Source: Tubiluchus corallicola
Lineage: Eukaryota; Animalia; Priapulida
Assembly: GCA_030141605.1 (NCBI GenBank)
Contig: JAQGDQ010000004.1
Location: forward strand, 1,612,001 to 1,676,000
Direction of reading: 5' to 3'
Length of the DNA stretch: 64,000 nucleotides
Shown: piece by piece, positions 38,939 to 50,846 of the stretch
How positions within the stretch are numbered: the first letter of the stretch is position 1
How the letters are laid out: every line of letters begins with the position of its first letter
Made by a program: the position numbers and the translations under genes
The notes under the pieces: model-generated
What the model saw: only the letters and a program-made list of their open reading frames with translations
What the model was told of the DNA's origin: nothing
The model's database searches: none

Positions 38939-41647
38939 TGCATGGGTACGTGTGTGCGTGTGTGTATAGGATGTCACAAAAGTCGCTATGCACTTGACTT
39001 CTAATTTTCTTTTTAAATTGTGCTCCAATTTCAGCAAGCTCTTACCTGAATCAAAAGTGGCCTTTGGCAATTCTTTTCCTTTATTTTGCTTGACACATTG
39101 CTATGACAATGACAGTAACATTAGAAATGAGGTGCAAGATCAATCTGGCATGAAATCTTTCGATCACCTACTATTGCAGTACATAGTTCTTTTCAGATTT
39201 TTGTTTTCTTTGACTAAAAGAATTGCCCTGTATTTTAGTTCATCTGTATTACTAATATTTGCTTTGTTGTTAAAAAATACAGAAAGTGAAAAGTGTATAC
39301 TAACTTTTGATACACCCTACATCATTTATTTGAGGTATTCAAATAGATAGGCTGTTACTATTTTTATTTTTCTATACTGTTAGTAAGCAGACAGCACTTA
39401 ATGTAGATCCTAGCTACTAATATTAAATGATTGTGATAGGACTGGAATCTAGCTAATTATCAATAGTAATCATTCATGCTAGAGCAACTTTTAACCATGT
39501 TCAGATTTGTATGCATCCACTCTCACTGAAATGTAGAAATCTCTCTCACTGAAATGGGTCATGAGTGTAGTTGCTTACATCAATCACCCACCCACCTTTT
39601 ATAGGCAAGCTTAAGCCATGAACCTGTTTGAATTACAGCAGAGCTGGCAAACAAAAAGTAGTAGCCTTCTGTTATGCATTTATCTCTCAGTGACCCATAT
39701 TAGGAGAAATGAATATTTTTTTCTTTTTTATGTGTTAATCATCCGTTCATCTTAATTTTAATGTAAAACTTTGTTCAAAATTAATCAGTTTTGAATAAGT
39801 ACAAAGACTATTAGTTTCACTGAAATGCCTTTATGTATATCAGGTGGCACAAAAAATGTAGCAAAGTTTCGATCATGATGTTATAACAAGAAAATAACGG
39901 AATCACTTGAAATTTTCCATACTGAAAAGCTTTTCGGTCATAACTTAAAAACCACTAAGACTGTAAACTTGTGACTTTCACAGCTAACAGTAAATGCACT
40001 GTAATGCCATGTTGCAAAATTTAAACTTTGTAAGCAAGTTGCTTCAAATGCATTACAGTCTAAATTTTGGCACGTTTTTCTGCACTGCCCGATATTTATA
40101 TATGGAATTACATACATGGTGCATATATACATAAAAATGTAAGTGAAACAATATCAACAAGTGTTATATAATTGTGACCTTGTTTCTAGGTTATTTTGCT
40201 GATTCTGGTAGTCAGGAGCACCAGACTGATACCCATCCATGGGAAATTGCTGGAACACAGGTAGATAATAGCCCAGGGATTGGGTGCAACATTTTTGGTG
40301 ATCTTCCAACAGATGACAAAGATGAAGATGGAGCCATTTTTGGCATGGAAACCATTGTACAAGGATCAAAGCTGCCCATCTATCTCAGTTCTAAGACATT
40401 TCCAAAAATCTATTCCATACAGCACGAGGAAGCTGAACAGTAAGTTTACTCTTACCAACAAAGGGCAACTTTTTTAGATCTTGCGATCAATGTCATTCAT
40501 GCTTCCAGAATGAGAGAATGTTTTGCATTGTCTCACTGCCTGTATCTCTTGCAATTCTTGCAGCTGAAATGTGAGCAATGATGTAAACAATACATATTGA
40601 AAAATGGTACAAATAACTGCTTTGAGCATCTGTTTTCTTATCGATATTACTTTGTTTATCTGTCACTACTTGTGATCCCCAGTTTTTATTGCAGTTACAT
40701 CACTACTAGCCAGAAAACAATTCCAAAAACAATTGATTTTGTCCAGTTGATCTTATTTTTGGACACTATCTGCATATAATTTGTTCCTCCGAAACTGTCA
40801 TCGAAAACATTATGCAATAGCTACGGTGCTTCATTCAGTAACTATGCTTCTCTAGCATCAGCTGGCTGCACGTGATTGGGCTGATAGGTCAATGTTTCTG
40901 TCAAGTTTCTTCCTTAGCTTGACTTGTATGCTAGAATGAGAATTTGAGAGATATTAATTACTATTTATCAAATCACAATGCAAAATGCTTAAGTACTTTA
41001 TTGCATGCCTTTATGGGCAACGTACTGAGTGTAGGACTACCCCATGCATTAATTACATTAAATAGTTGCATGATTGTACTTTCTGCATTTTTGTTATTAA
41101 CTTTAATAATGCCCAAGACATACACCGTAATGTACTGTAACGTACGCGCTTACTACATTTAAATTACATTTTAGTCATCAGGTGGAGCTATTGTGTCGCA
41201 TTGTGAGCCTCAGACCAGTGCTCACAATGCGCAAGCTTACCATGTACGTATTTTGGATGTTTCATTTGTGTATTTATGGGGTAGTGTATGCTTAGATTTT
41301 GATTCAAATAAAATTACACTTCTGGCAATTTTAGAAAAAAACGTGAGTTCTACTCCTAAATAATTTGTAAGAATTTTTTCGAGATGTCTCGTTAAATTTT
41401 CAGACCTGTCCGGTACCTGCAGCTGGAAGACTTACTGAAAACGTACAGCTTGACGAAAGAGCAGCTGATGGATTTGCATCACAATGTTTGCATAAAACAA
41501 ATATCCATCGATGAAATCAATTCCCACTGCTTACACAAGCCTGTTGATGAAAACACCAATCCACAGGAAAGCAACGATGATAGTTTTGTACTTTTAGATG
41601 ATTGTTTAAGGACACTTATGGGTGTAGAAATATTGTACAGTGACTAG
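29817..41647 (+). CDS. BCOR: BCL6 corepressor (BCOR/BCORL1 family), multi-exon gene, 5'-incomplete: join(29817-29982, 30473-34216, 34518-34625, 36217-36334, 36617-37065, 37517-37684, 37929-38095, 38499-38644, 40190-40439, 41404-41647)
   Basis: Ten exons with GT-AG boundaries join in phase into one stop-free frame of about 1852 aa. The spliced segment [37 protein letters not shown]...[13 protein letters not shown]...[47 protein letters not shown] closely matches the BCOR ankyrin region as I recall it ([37 protein letters not shown]...[17 protein letters not shown]). It also has a PLDLS motif and a PUFD-like C-terminus. Confidence 0.93.
30473..34216 (+). CDS. BCOR: BCOR-like giant exon (3744 bp), low-complexity/disordered region with PLDLS
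   Basis: Corresponds to the 1238-aa ORF in the track. Acceptor tttgttttttag at 30472, donor GTA|gtaagt at 34217. DAPLDLSTK contains PLDLS at 30980-30994. Confidence 0.9.
34518..34625 (+). CDS. BCOR: BCOR-like internal exon (TGRNEILKQ...FAYKK)
   Basis: Acceptor cttcttttacag, donor AAG|gtataa, 108 bp open, phase 0/0. Confidence 0.75.
35388..35971 (+). mobile_element. PIF/Harbinger-derived non-autonomous element in a BCOR intron
   Basis: 22-bp inverted repeats TTCCATGTGTGCGTAATGTGCA (35388-35409) and TGCACATTACGTACACATGGAA (35950-35971), 21/22 match. Internal broken frame [13 protein letters not shown]/…[34 protein letters not shown] resembles the Harbinger transposase N-terminus (Y..LV.EL..D…F..YFRM….FEELL..V.P.I.K…R..IS). 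Confidence 0.65.
36217..36334 (+). CDS. BCOR: BCOR-like internal exon ([10 protein letters not shown]...[10 protein letters not shown])
   Basis: Acceptor cgttttcag, donor G|gtgaga, phase 0/1, consistent with both neighbours. Confidence 0.8.
36617..37065 (+). CDS. BCOR: BCOR-like internal exon, basic/acidic region with LLMRIKL
   Basis: Within track ORF 36598-37095. Acceptor tcttttccag, donor GAT|gtaagt, phase 1/0. Confidence 0.85.
37517..37684 (+). CDS. BCOR: BCOR-like exon, start of ankyrin region ([29 protein letters not shown])
   Basis: Not in the ORF track; translated by hand. Acceptor tttttag, donor CTG|gtatgt, BCOR-diagnostic peptide. Confidence 0.93.
37929..38095 (+). CDS. BCOR: BCOR-like ankyrin-repeat exon (DVVLYCLE...DGTR)
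   Basis: Ankyrin consensus [13 protein letters not shown]...GADVN. Acceptor ttttcag, donor AG|gtatc, phase 0/2. Confidence 0.95.
38499..38644 (+). CDS. BCOR: BCOR-like ankyrin-repeat exon ([10 protein letters not shown]...KRFLE)
   Basis: [18 protein letters not shown] matches the BCOR motif. Acceptor atttag, donor G|gtaatt, phase 2/1. Confidence 0.95.
38903..38965. repeat. (TG)n/(CGTG)n compound microsatellite
   Basis: Directly visible. Confidence 0.9.
39841..40091. mobile_element. Tc1/mariner-derived MITE in a BCOR intron
   Basis: Left end CAGGTGGCACAAAAAATGT is shared with the element at 48498. Degenerate inverted right end ACGTTTTTCTGCACTGCCCG; AT-rich (TA-type) flanks. Confidence 0.5.
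40190..40439 (+). CDS. BCOR: BCOR-like linker and start of PUFD-like domain
   Basis: Track ORF 40174-40443. W-x-x-x-G followed by an acidic linker, as in BCOR after the ankyrins. Acceptor tttctag, donor CA|gtaagt, phase 1/2. Confidence 0.85.
41404..41647 (+). CDS. BCOR: BCOR-like terminal exon, PUFD-like C-terminus ([12 protein letters not shown]...[13 protein letters not shown])
   Basis: Acceptor ttttcag in phase 2 and stop TAG at 41645-41647. Resembles the BCOR PUFD segments PRNWLLLSDVLK and IQTLLG. Confidence 0.85.
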
Positions 41648-42125
41648 TGTAATTTTGTGCTCTAACAGGGCTTTGTGGTCGTATTGTACACATGATCGTA
41701 TAGTAATTATTATGTTATTTACACCAAAGACTATTTTTGCTTACATTAATGTATATAATGCAGTATAAAATTTAATAATTATCGTGTAATTGTTTTTATA
41801 TGTAACAGTTAACTTATAATTATGTAACTTCAATAGATTGTAATATACATAATGCTAAATTGGCTCCACTTGCAATTAATTCATAATTATTATCTAGTAA
41901 ATACATAAATTAAAGGTGTGAATTTTGTAATTTAGATTTTGGCAAACATCCAGAATGAAATGGACTATTGTTTTTATTTAATTTTTTTGCTTGTTTCATA
42001 GTTTACAGCAATCTTGTAAATAATTGTGTATACGCATACTTCTGTGAATTATGACATTTTATCATGATTTGAAAATGCTAAACAGTGTTTATGTACTTGT
42101 TCTATGTGAAAATGTTGCAATAGCA

Positions 42126-42263
42126 AATAAAAGGCCTATATTTTGCATGTTAACATAACTATGTATAGTTTTGCTTTAAATATTAAAATCAGTTTTAAAT
42201 GGGATAAAAATGCAAGCATCTGATGTAACCGGAAGTTATTACTATCATAAAGAGACGAATAAA
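42126..42263 (+). terminator. Candidate polyadenylation signals of the BCOR-like gene (AATAAA at 42126 and 42258)
   Basis: AATAAA hexamers 0.5-0.6 kb after the stop, in an AU-rich 3' UTR-like stretch. The site actually used cannot be determined. Confidence 0.35.
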
Positions 42264-45200
42264 AACAGTGGTGTGGAAGGCGATTTCATGGGCTTTAATT
42301 AGGCCTACTGAACGTCATTAAAGAAAAACATGATAATTTTTGGGCCACATTGTGTTTCACTCGTTTACATTTTATTAGCGATAGCAATTGCCAAAATGTT
42401 TTTTTATATTTCAACATTTGCTTAGAAACTTAACTAACATATGAAAAATAAAAGTGTCTGTGTCTTTAGCATATATTTGTGACTGACATGTGAAAAATAA
42501 AACTGGTAAAACTTCTGCATGTGTTTGTGAAACCAAAGATGTGCAGGATTGCTGTGTCACAGTGACAGTGAATGATAATGAGAGTTTCTACACAGTGAAT
42601 AATCTTAGTGCACTAGTGTTACCCATTCACTGCTCATCTGGTACAGCTTTTGTACAATGTTAAGTACATGTGCATCTTTTTTATTATCTGCAGTGCAACG
42701 AATTGAGGAAAGAATAAGTTGAATTACGTAATAATATTACCTAGAGAGTTCTACAGTTGGATCTCTTTCTCTTGTTAATGTTATTGTTTAGTTTAGAATA
42801 GAAATTCAATCCAGTCGAAAGCAGCAGCATTGGCAAAGAGTACCACACAGAAGCAGATCTTGTAAGTATGATTATTATGAACCTTGTTTGCTAATCAGAT
42901 AACCCAATAATTGAATTGTTTTAGTGGTAGACTGGTAGGTTGACACTGTATAGCTCTGTGCAGCACTTAATTTCCAGCTTATGCTGTACGTTCAGGCGTG
43001 ATTCATTCTTACACGTAGTTTAATTTGCCGAATGCTCCATCTGAAACAGATTAATTATCGGAAGTAATTACATCAATTAAACCGTTTGCCATCTACAAAA
43101 AGCAGACGTAAATTAGATTGGTCGCATAATGGATTTATCCTAACCGCTTTGTTCACTTGCCCAGTGCGCATGCGCGTTACTTACACTGACGCTAGTAAAT
43201 GACCCTTTGTCATTAGTTGCGATAGATTAAATGTTAATTTTGTGTAAAATAAATTAACCAAGCTCGACACGTGAGCAGCTGCAAGAAACTCGACGTGATT
43301 TTAACTGTGGGCTGGGCGTAACAAAGTCGTACATGTACAATGGCAGTACACGTGTACGTTTATCCCCTATTTTCCATGACAAGCTGTGCAGAATGGTTCA
43401 TCATCTAAGTCTACACGATTTCACCACAGTTTGTTCTTTATAGTCATTTAGGTACAGTACAATAAAAAATGAGGGCTCCAGTGCACACATTTTCCGGTCA
43501 TTATGATGCATGCAAGCTCAACCAGGCAGTAGCAAAGCGATAAATTATGTACGCTGAAATTAGTAGCCGTGCATTTTAGTATTAGTACTCATCAGTGCAA
43601 ACAACTACAGGAAAATACGCGCCACAGGAAGTCTAATTACTTGTGATAAATCCAAAAATAATAAAATTCTTGGTTTAAGTTTACTTTTAAGGATTTCAAA
43701 AATCTCCAAATTAAATGTTGTATGCCCAGCTTTGCTGCGCCTACTGAAGAAGAAAAAAAAATCTATCGTTGAAGCTCGAGTTTTCTACTTTTTTAGCCGT
43801 TCAAACATGAAAAGGACAATGCTGCACAACTGTTTTAACCATTTGAAAAAAATTAAAACGTCATGTGAAGTTCTGAAGACAACATGTAAATGCGATTTAG
43901 TAAAAACTACGGTTTGACGTGTTACTTCATTGTGTCAGTTTGCAATTTGTTCAAATTTGCAGTAATCAGTAAACTTGAATGGAAACTATCTGTACTAATA
44001 ATTACTGGAAATGATATATGAAATAAAAAATAAGCAGTTGTGTGGGAAATTAAGTTATGTATATCGTATGTATTCTATTAAACGTTACGTGTATAAACGA
44101 TCGATTTAGGCACTCGAGTGCCAGCGTACCTTCAAACTCAACTCCTCTAAACTCATTAGCTTACCTGAAATCTCGGTGCTCACATTCTTGAGTGCCTGCA
44201 ACCTTGACAAATGGAGCGTCAGAAGTATTACTCCACGTAATTTTCAATTCTCACCAATTCATATTCGTCAGCCGCTAACTTCTATGCTGTCATTAAAAGC
44301 TAATAAACTTTGGCGATTAAAAAGGTTAAATATAGTTCAATTTAAATATTTTATACCGTGAGACTTTAAACATACCCTAACTGTAACAATATAGAGTTAA
44401 ATGTACACAAAGGCAATTAGTTTTGCTAATTACGGTGTCATTAACAAAAGTGATAAAACTACAGAGCATGTAACTCAGTAATTACTGTGATTTACTGCGC
44501 TACTATTAGCAAAAACTGTTAAAATTACTGTTCATTAAATGTTGGATTTAAATGGTCTGCATTATGAAAGTTATCGTTTGAAACTAAAACAATTATCCTT
44601 TCTACCGTATGTAAATAAAGAAGGCAATAAATGACTTGCAGTAAGGCGTTAAGAAATCGTAAAAAAGATTTTTAAAAATGTAAACAAAAATGCTTCTGAA
44701 TGGATGACGGTAAAAGCTACATAGGCTACAATGTATACGGGTTTTGTCGAGCATTAGAGATTCAGGGGAAGACTATTTTGGAAGAAAACAAGAATAAAGA
44801 CTCAAAGAAGCGAAATTTTTATCTATTACGTAGTACATGTTACCTGTATTAGGTCTACAATATAATCTAGGTCAACAGTTTTCATTCTTATCGGGAACCG
44901 TTTAAAAGGTCTTACCTTTAGCAAGGTAAAACATTTACTGAACTCATTCTGCATTAGAATGCTAACGATATGTAATAAATCCTGCAATTTATCTGTCATC
45001 CTGAGCTCGGCACAGCTTTGTGTTGCCAAATCAGCTAATGCATCGTCCACAGTGTAACATATGGCTTCTTTCGCTTACGTTTGACTGTTTGGCACGACTT
45101 TCAAGGCGTATCTATGGAACGTACAAAGTCCGTGTTTAATGTGAATTCCTAGAGTTATCCAAGAACGCGAAATACTCGTTCTTCAATATTGTCAGAAAAG

Positions 45201-45708
45201 TGTATTCATGATTTTCAAGTTTACTGTATTACGCTACGAGTCTATTATGACCTAGTATGGTCCTTATGTTTTTTGCCTTACTTGGCTTCCCGGACGGTGC
45301 ACGACTGACATGTATCGTTTAGCATATCGTTCAAGGCACGCCCATTTTAACATTGCTTCATGCAATGACAGTATTACCTTCTTACCGCAACATGAGTCTA
45401 ATGCCACTAAAATGAAAAGGAGGTCAGTTTACTATTTACAAAGTAATATCTCTTCGAATAACATTACCAGATACCAGTATGGTTATATGTACGTGGATTT
45501 TAAAAATAAATATTTAGCTATAAGTAAACGACAGGACGAGTTGTTTTTTGAGAAAATTATAGAACATCATTTGGAACAACGATTAGGCATAAACAAATGT
45601 TATGTATATAATCACCTCTTAAGGACATAACTCTAGAGTGATAGAATTAATTTTTTTAAACTAAACCTGATCATCAGTGACTGAACGGAAAAACATGTAG
45701 AATGAGAG

Positions 45709-45782
45709 TGACTGAGCCTGCATTTGAACTAGGAACCTTTGGATTACAAGTCAAACACAATGACTACTAGCGCACTAGCCTC
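45709..45782 (-). mobile_element. tRNA-derived SINE head or tRNA pseudogene
   Basis: The minus strand reads gaggcTAGTGCGCTAGTAG (A-box-like)…gacttgtaatcc…ctaGTTCAAATGC (B-box-like). The stems are broken, so it is not a functional tRNA. Confidence 0.5.
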
Positions 45783-48497
45783 TCCAACAAATACCAACAT
45801 TTCCAAATGTTAACTTTTTCAAGCTAGAGTAATCGCCACAAAGTTTGCTTTCGAACTTGTGGGTTTATATCATAATTAATCAGTAATTCTTAAAATAAAG
45901 ACTACAAAAAATTAAGTCAAGTCAAAATTTTTCGAGGAAAAGACAAAACTTATAGTTATTCTGCTCCGCAGAGTTCCCTCAGACGCCAAAGATTTTCTGA
46001 CTGTTGAAATGCATAACTGATAAAACTAAACTATTTTCAGGTATACACGCAATCTGTGATAGAAAGTCAAACTTCACCATCGTGTATTGTACATCAAGAA
46101 TCTACTGAGCCATTGGCGATTACTCCCATTACATTAAATACTCGTCTGTCACCCCACCTCCAGCATCTATCTTGCTACGATTTCTTAACTGCTAAATCAC
46201 AAAAGCTCTTAATTTCTTCTAATGGACCAAGTTCACTTGGACAATGGACAATAATGATATATCCGCATCAGTTCTAATGCATGCATAAGTGATGTCCAGT
46301 AGCTATCCAATAGTCACGTGCACTAAAAGCCATTTGAACGTTTACATTATGCATAGTGGCACGCTTCGGTATTTGTTATTAATGATCAGCTATTAGCAGC
46401 TTGTCTGAGTTCAAGGAAAACTTTTGCACTCCTTGCAATGTGTCACTGCGTAATGATAACGGCAGGTACGTACCGGTGATCAAGATGTGGGAATGGAGGT
46501 GGCATTGGTAGTTGCAGTGATGATGATGAGGACGGTGCAGGGATGAAGATGAGGACACTCAAGACACTGATAGGGATTGACAATTATAAAGAATCATTCG
46601 TGATGATCATGATAATGATGATAATGGTGATGATGATAGTGTTGTATATTTTGATTCGTAAAGAAAGCTGCAGACGTATCAGCTAATTTACTAAACTGGC
46701 TCCTTACTGCGTGAAAAACTATCATTTATCGTGATACTTACTCGATAGGTCTAAACTTGAACTGTATTAAAACAGCACATAAAACAGGGATTTTAGTTTC
46801 TCGACAAATAGTTTCTCGATCAAAATATAACACACGTTTTTGTATTTTTAATGGCTTTTCATATTTTTATTTTTTACTGTTGTACATAATGTATGCATGC
46901 ATTTATTTTAAAGCAAAACACTTACAAAACTTACAATAGTATTTTTAATATTACTACTTGAATCAGAGTTTGAATTCTTGGTAACATTCCTTAGATTCCT
47001 AAAGTCTCCATCCAAATTGGTGCATCTACAAGTTATACAGTAACTACAATAAAAGTAAAAATAACAAAAAAGAAATAACATTGTGATTTCTAGTACTCGA
47101 GTGGAAACTACTTCTTGCTCCGAGGAAGTAATTGGGCTAATTGGTTTACTCGGTGCATAATGTTTTACGTAGAATACATTTAACTAAATATATTAAAGTT
47201 GCTAAGTCCTATTTTAACTTATTGCTTGTGTTACTTTGAGCGCCATTTATCAAGCCTAAGTGTGCTTGCGCCTGCTGCCTTCTTTTATAGTGATTTTATT
47301 CATGTATAAATGTCGACAAATAAAAATAAGTTAAAGTAAATAAAAAATTACTGTGCAAAACAAAGATAACGCTTGCAATAACGTTTTAAGCATTTGTCTC
47401 GTTATACACTTTGTTACTTTAGTACAAAATTGTTAATTTGTCATAAAATGTAAATCGGGATATTCCATTCTTTTCTCGGAATAAATACAACGCATTCATG
47501 TTATATAAGCAAGTAGCTGAAAGTTAAATTATTATATTTTTTATTTGTTAATGGCCTTTAAATGTCAGTTTATTCGGCAAACTGATTGCCGGTGAACAAT
47601 GTCAAGTGCGGCTTTCTTCAAGCAATATAAAAGTGCATGATAACATCTCTTCATACAGCAATACAATTACCCACAGCCAGACTTATCTCAGCCAAAATCT
47701 AATTTATAAAACGGTTTTTAATCAGTGGCAATTTGAGTCTGGTTATGACAAGTTGCAGTTTGCTCGATATTGCATAGATCGTCTAGCTTATATAAACAGC
47801 AGATAATTGAATTCAAGCAATGTAATTAGTTTCGCGTTGGCTGGTTCTACTTCGAAAAGGGGTGAGAGGTTCAGATTCAAAGGGCAAAAAGTTTCAGTAT
47901 GCATGCAATAAACAAGAAAACAATGAACTTGAAAGCCTATTTTAATGTATAAATAAAGCCATAAGAAAGTGTTTTGCTATGACACACCGACTGAATTGCA
48001 AAACAAGCACACACATTCAAAGAAAGCAAAATTGGCTTCATCAGCATTAACAAACTTGCACAAATGGCTTCGTCAAAAGTGTTAACAAAAGAAAGTTCGC
48101 AAACAGTTGCGTCTGATTATCAGGATTATATATAAATTGATGGAAAATTTGCTCAATCAAAATTCAATTACCGTCTGTGCTACAATTCTAGTAGGCCTGT
48201 GTAATTATTTTTAATCTTTAGCTTTTTTGACGTCATTAAATTGCAAAAAATATCAAAAGTATGAATGCGCTGGCGATGTAATTATGTGAATGTTGCATAT
48301 CATTGCATAAAGTGAGATAGAATTACAAAAATTCCACCACATTCACCTAAAGCACTTATTGACTTCTACATTGAACAATGTACTTCAGATGACATTGAAT
48401 TCTTCTTTAAATGCATGTGGTTCCCGCACAAATGTGCATGAATTTTTGCACTCAAATTACTTTTCTATGTATATATATATATATATACAATATAAAT

Positions 48498-49030
48498 CAG
48501 GTGGCGCGAAAAATGTGGTAAAGTCTAAATAGCACTAGAAGCAGGTGCTCTGTAAAGTTGAAATGCCACAATATGATACTAAAATTCATTAGCGTTTGGT
48601 TGTGAAAGTTACGACTTTATACTTTTAGCAGTAATGTCAGCTAATTTTCAATTGTAAATAGCCATGTCGGCGTATTCAAAGCACTCGATACGCGCAGCAA
48701 AACAATAAAAAATCAGCTTTTTTAAGTCATTGTCTTCACCGCAAATCTGATAATGGTTTGTTGTCAAGAAAAAAATGGAGCTTAATTCTATGAGCTAGGA
48801 TATCTGGAATTCCCCTAAAGAGAAAGTGTTGGACGGTCGCACAGAGCAGTTTAATTTAGAGGAATTAAAGGCAAAAATTGTTAAGCACTGAGACCAAATA
48901 AAAACGGTATCTGTTGAAAGAAACGCCTTCGTCTAATTTGCAGTAAGAGTGGTAGACACATCGACGACTTGCCGTAAATTTTAGCAATAGTGAGCCAGTG
49001 GTACACACAATTTTTTCTGGCATTTATGTA
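48498..49030 (+). mobile_element. Decayed Tc1/mariner element with transposase C-terminal remnant (48778-48977)
   Basis: ELNSMS*DIWNSPKEKVLDGRTEQFNLEELKAKIVKH*DQI…RLICSKSGRHIDDLP* resembles the Tc1/mariner C-terminus (DLNP.D..IW..LK.KVY…LEELK..I…W…GGHIE). The left terminus is shared with 39841. Confidence 0.7.
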
Positions 49031-50706
49031 TTTTATTATTTTTCTCTTTATTGGTTTAAAACTTCGGTATCTTTTGCAACATCTAAAGGAATGACATAAG
49101 AATTTTGGTATTTACTCATAGGCGTTTTTAACATCAGTGTGGCAATTTTTGAATAATTCCATTGTTTTCTTATAATATCGTGATCAAAACTTCCGCACAT
49201 TTTGCAACACCTGATATAAGTAACAAAAAAGACTACGGAGAATGCAATTCTGAAACGTAGAAAATCGATCTGCAATTCAATTTCCAGCCAGTTTTCAGGC
49301 TCGAGAGATTTGTGGTTTATACATGTATCTCACAGAGTCCTTCTCGATCGCAGAAAAACTGCTATCCTTACTTTGTTCAACGAAACTAAAGCAGGGTGCC
49401 ACTATGGAGATAAGACGATGAATATGATGAATTAGAAAAAATATTTCCGCACGCCTAAAGCCCAGTTAAGACAAGAAATCTGTCGTAAGTGCAGTACATA
49501 AATCTGGGCTTCCTTGCCCAAAAAATTTCCCCATACCTTTAACTCAAAAAAAATTCAAAGATACCTAGTACCATTAACAAATTAGTTGCAAGAAATCTCT
49601 TTCTCTTAAAATGTGTTTATATTTTTACGTTATAATTAGACCCTTTACACCCCTTTGAGTGACGTTGACAAAGCGCAAAATGATACGAATGGCTTATAGA
49701 AAAGAAACTACCTATAAGTCTCCTGATATCGTTAGTCTTATTTTAAATCTTATAATTCCTATTATGTTAATATTAGTTCTACGTGGTAAACCTATTGAAA
49801 ATTTATTTCACGTAATATTATAGTATAGACCCGTAATCACTGTGTGCACTGCGCCCAGTCAAATGAAACTATCAACGAAAACCTCTAAGTAAAACTTTTA
49901 CTCTGCAGCATAGCATGCTTTATTTGAGTTCAACAATAAGTAAAGGGCTCAATATTTGCACAACGTTGATGGAGTCTCCTCTATGTAATTACCCAGACAG
50001 AATCATGTTGCCTCCTACTACTATTTCCATCAAAGGATTCCAAAATGAATCTAATTAACCTCATCAATTATGTAAGAATTCTTTACTCTGCTTCTCTCTG
50101 GTACACGGACAACAAAAGAAGAGGAAGAAAGACGATCGACTAGAGAAAGAGAATAATTTATACTAATAGTTTAATGTCTCCATTACGTATCATGAATAAT
50201 TGAACCGGTTTATAACATCTACTTAGCGTCCTCTTTAAACTTTTTGTTGGGAATCTTTCGAAATTTCCAACGCGCATGCTGATTTCCAAAGTAATTTTTC
50301 GGCGTTTTCCAATTTGTAATAAAGAAATCATTGATAGTAAACTTACTAAATGTGTATCTTTTCTTTTTTGTTATTGGTCAATTTTCTAACGCACCTTTAA
50401 ATCTGCTCGCAATTTAGCAACTGTATTATATATACAATGGTTTTTATTATGATGAGATTTTTTTGCAACATTTGTTGCATTAAATTTATGTTTGAGCCAC
50501 TAGAGTTTGTGATTAAGTTTACAATGTGCGAATGTGCACGATTTTTTTAAATATTTTTGTAATTAATAATGTTAACAATTGAGAAACGTAAAAGATCACT
50601 AGTCCGCAAATGCGAAAAATGCATTAATATTTTATGTATGAAATTGTTGTCTATAATGTAATTCCCGCTTTACCCAACTCATTCAGTGGCTACCAATGTC
50701 TCGATC

Positions 50707-50846
<140 letters not shown>

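Noticed and set aside
46056-46290. Possible LINE endonuclease-RT linker relic
   Set aside because: Similarity too faint to call without a profile search.
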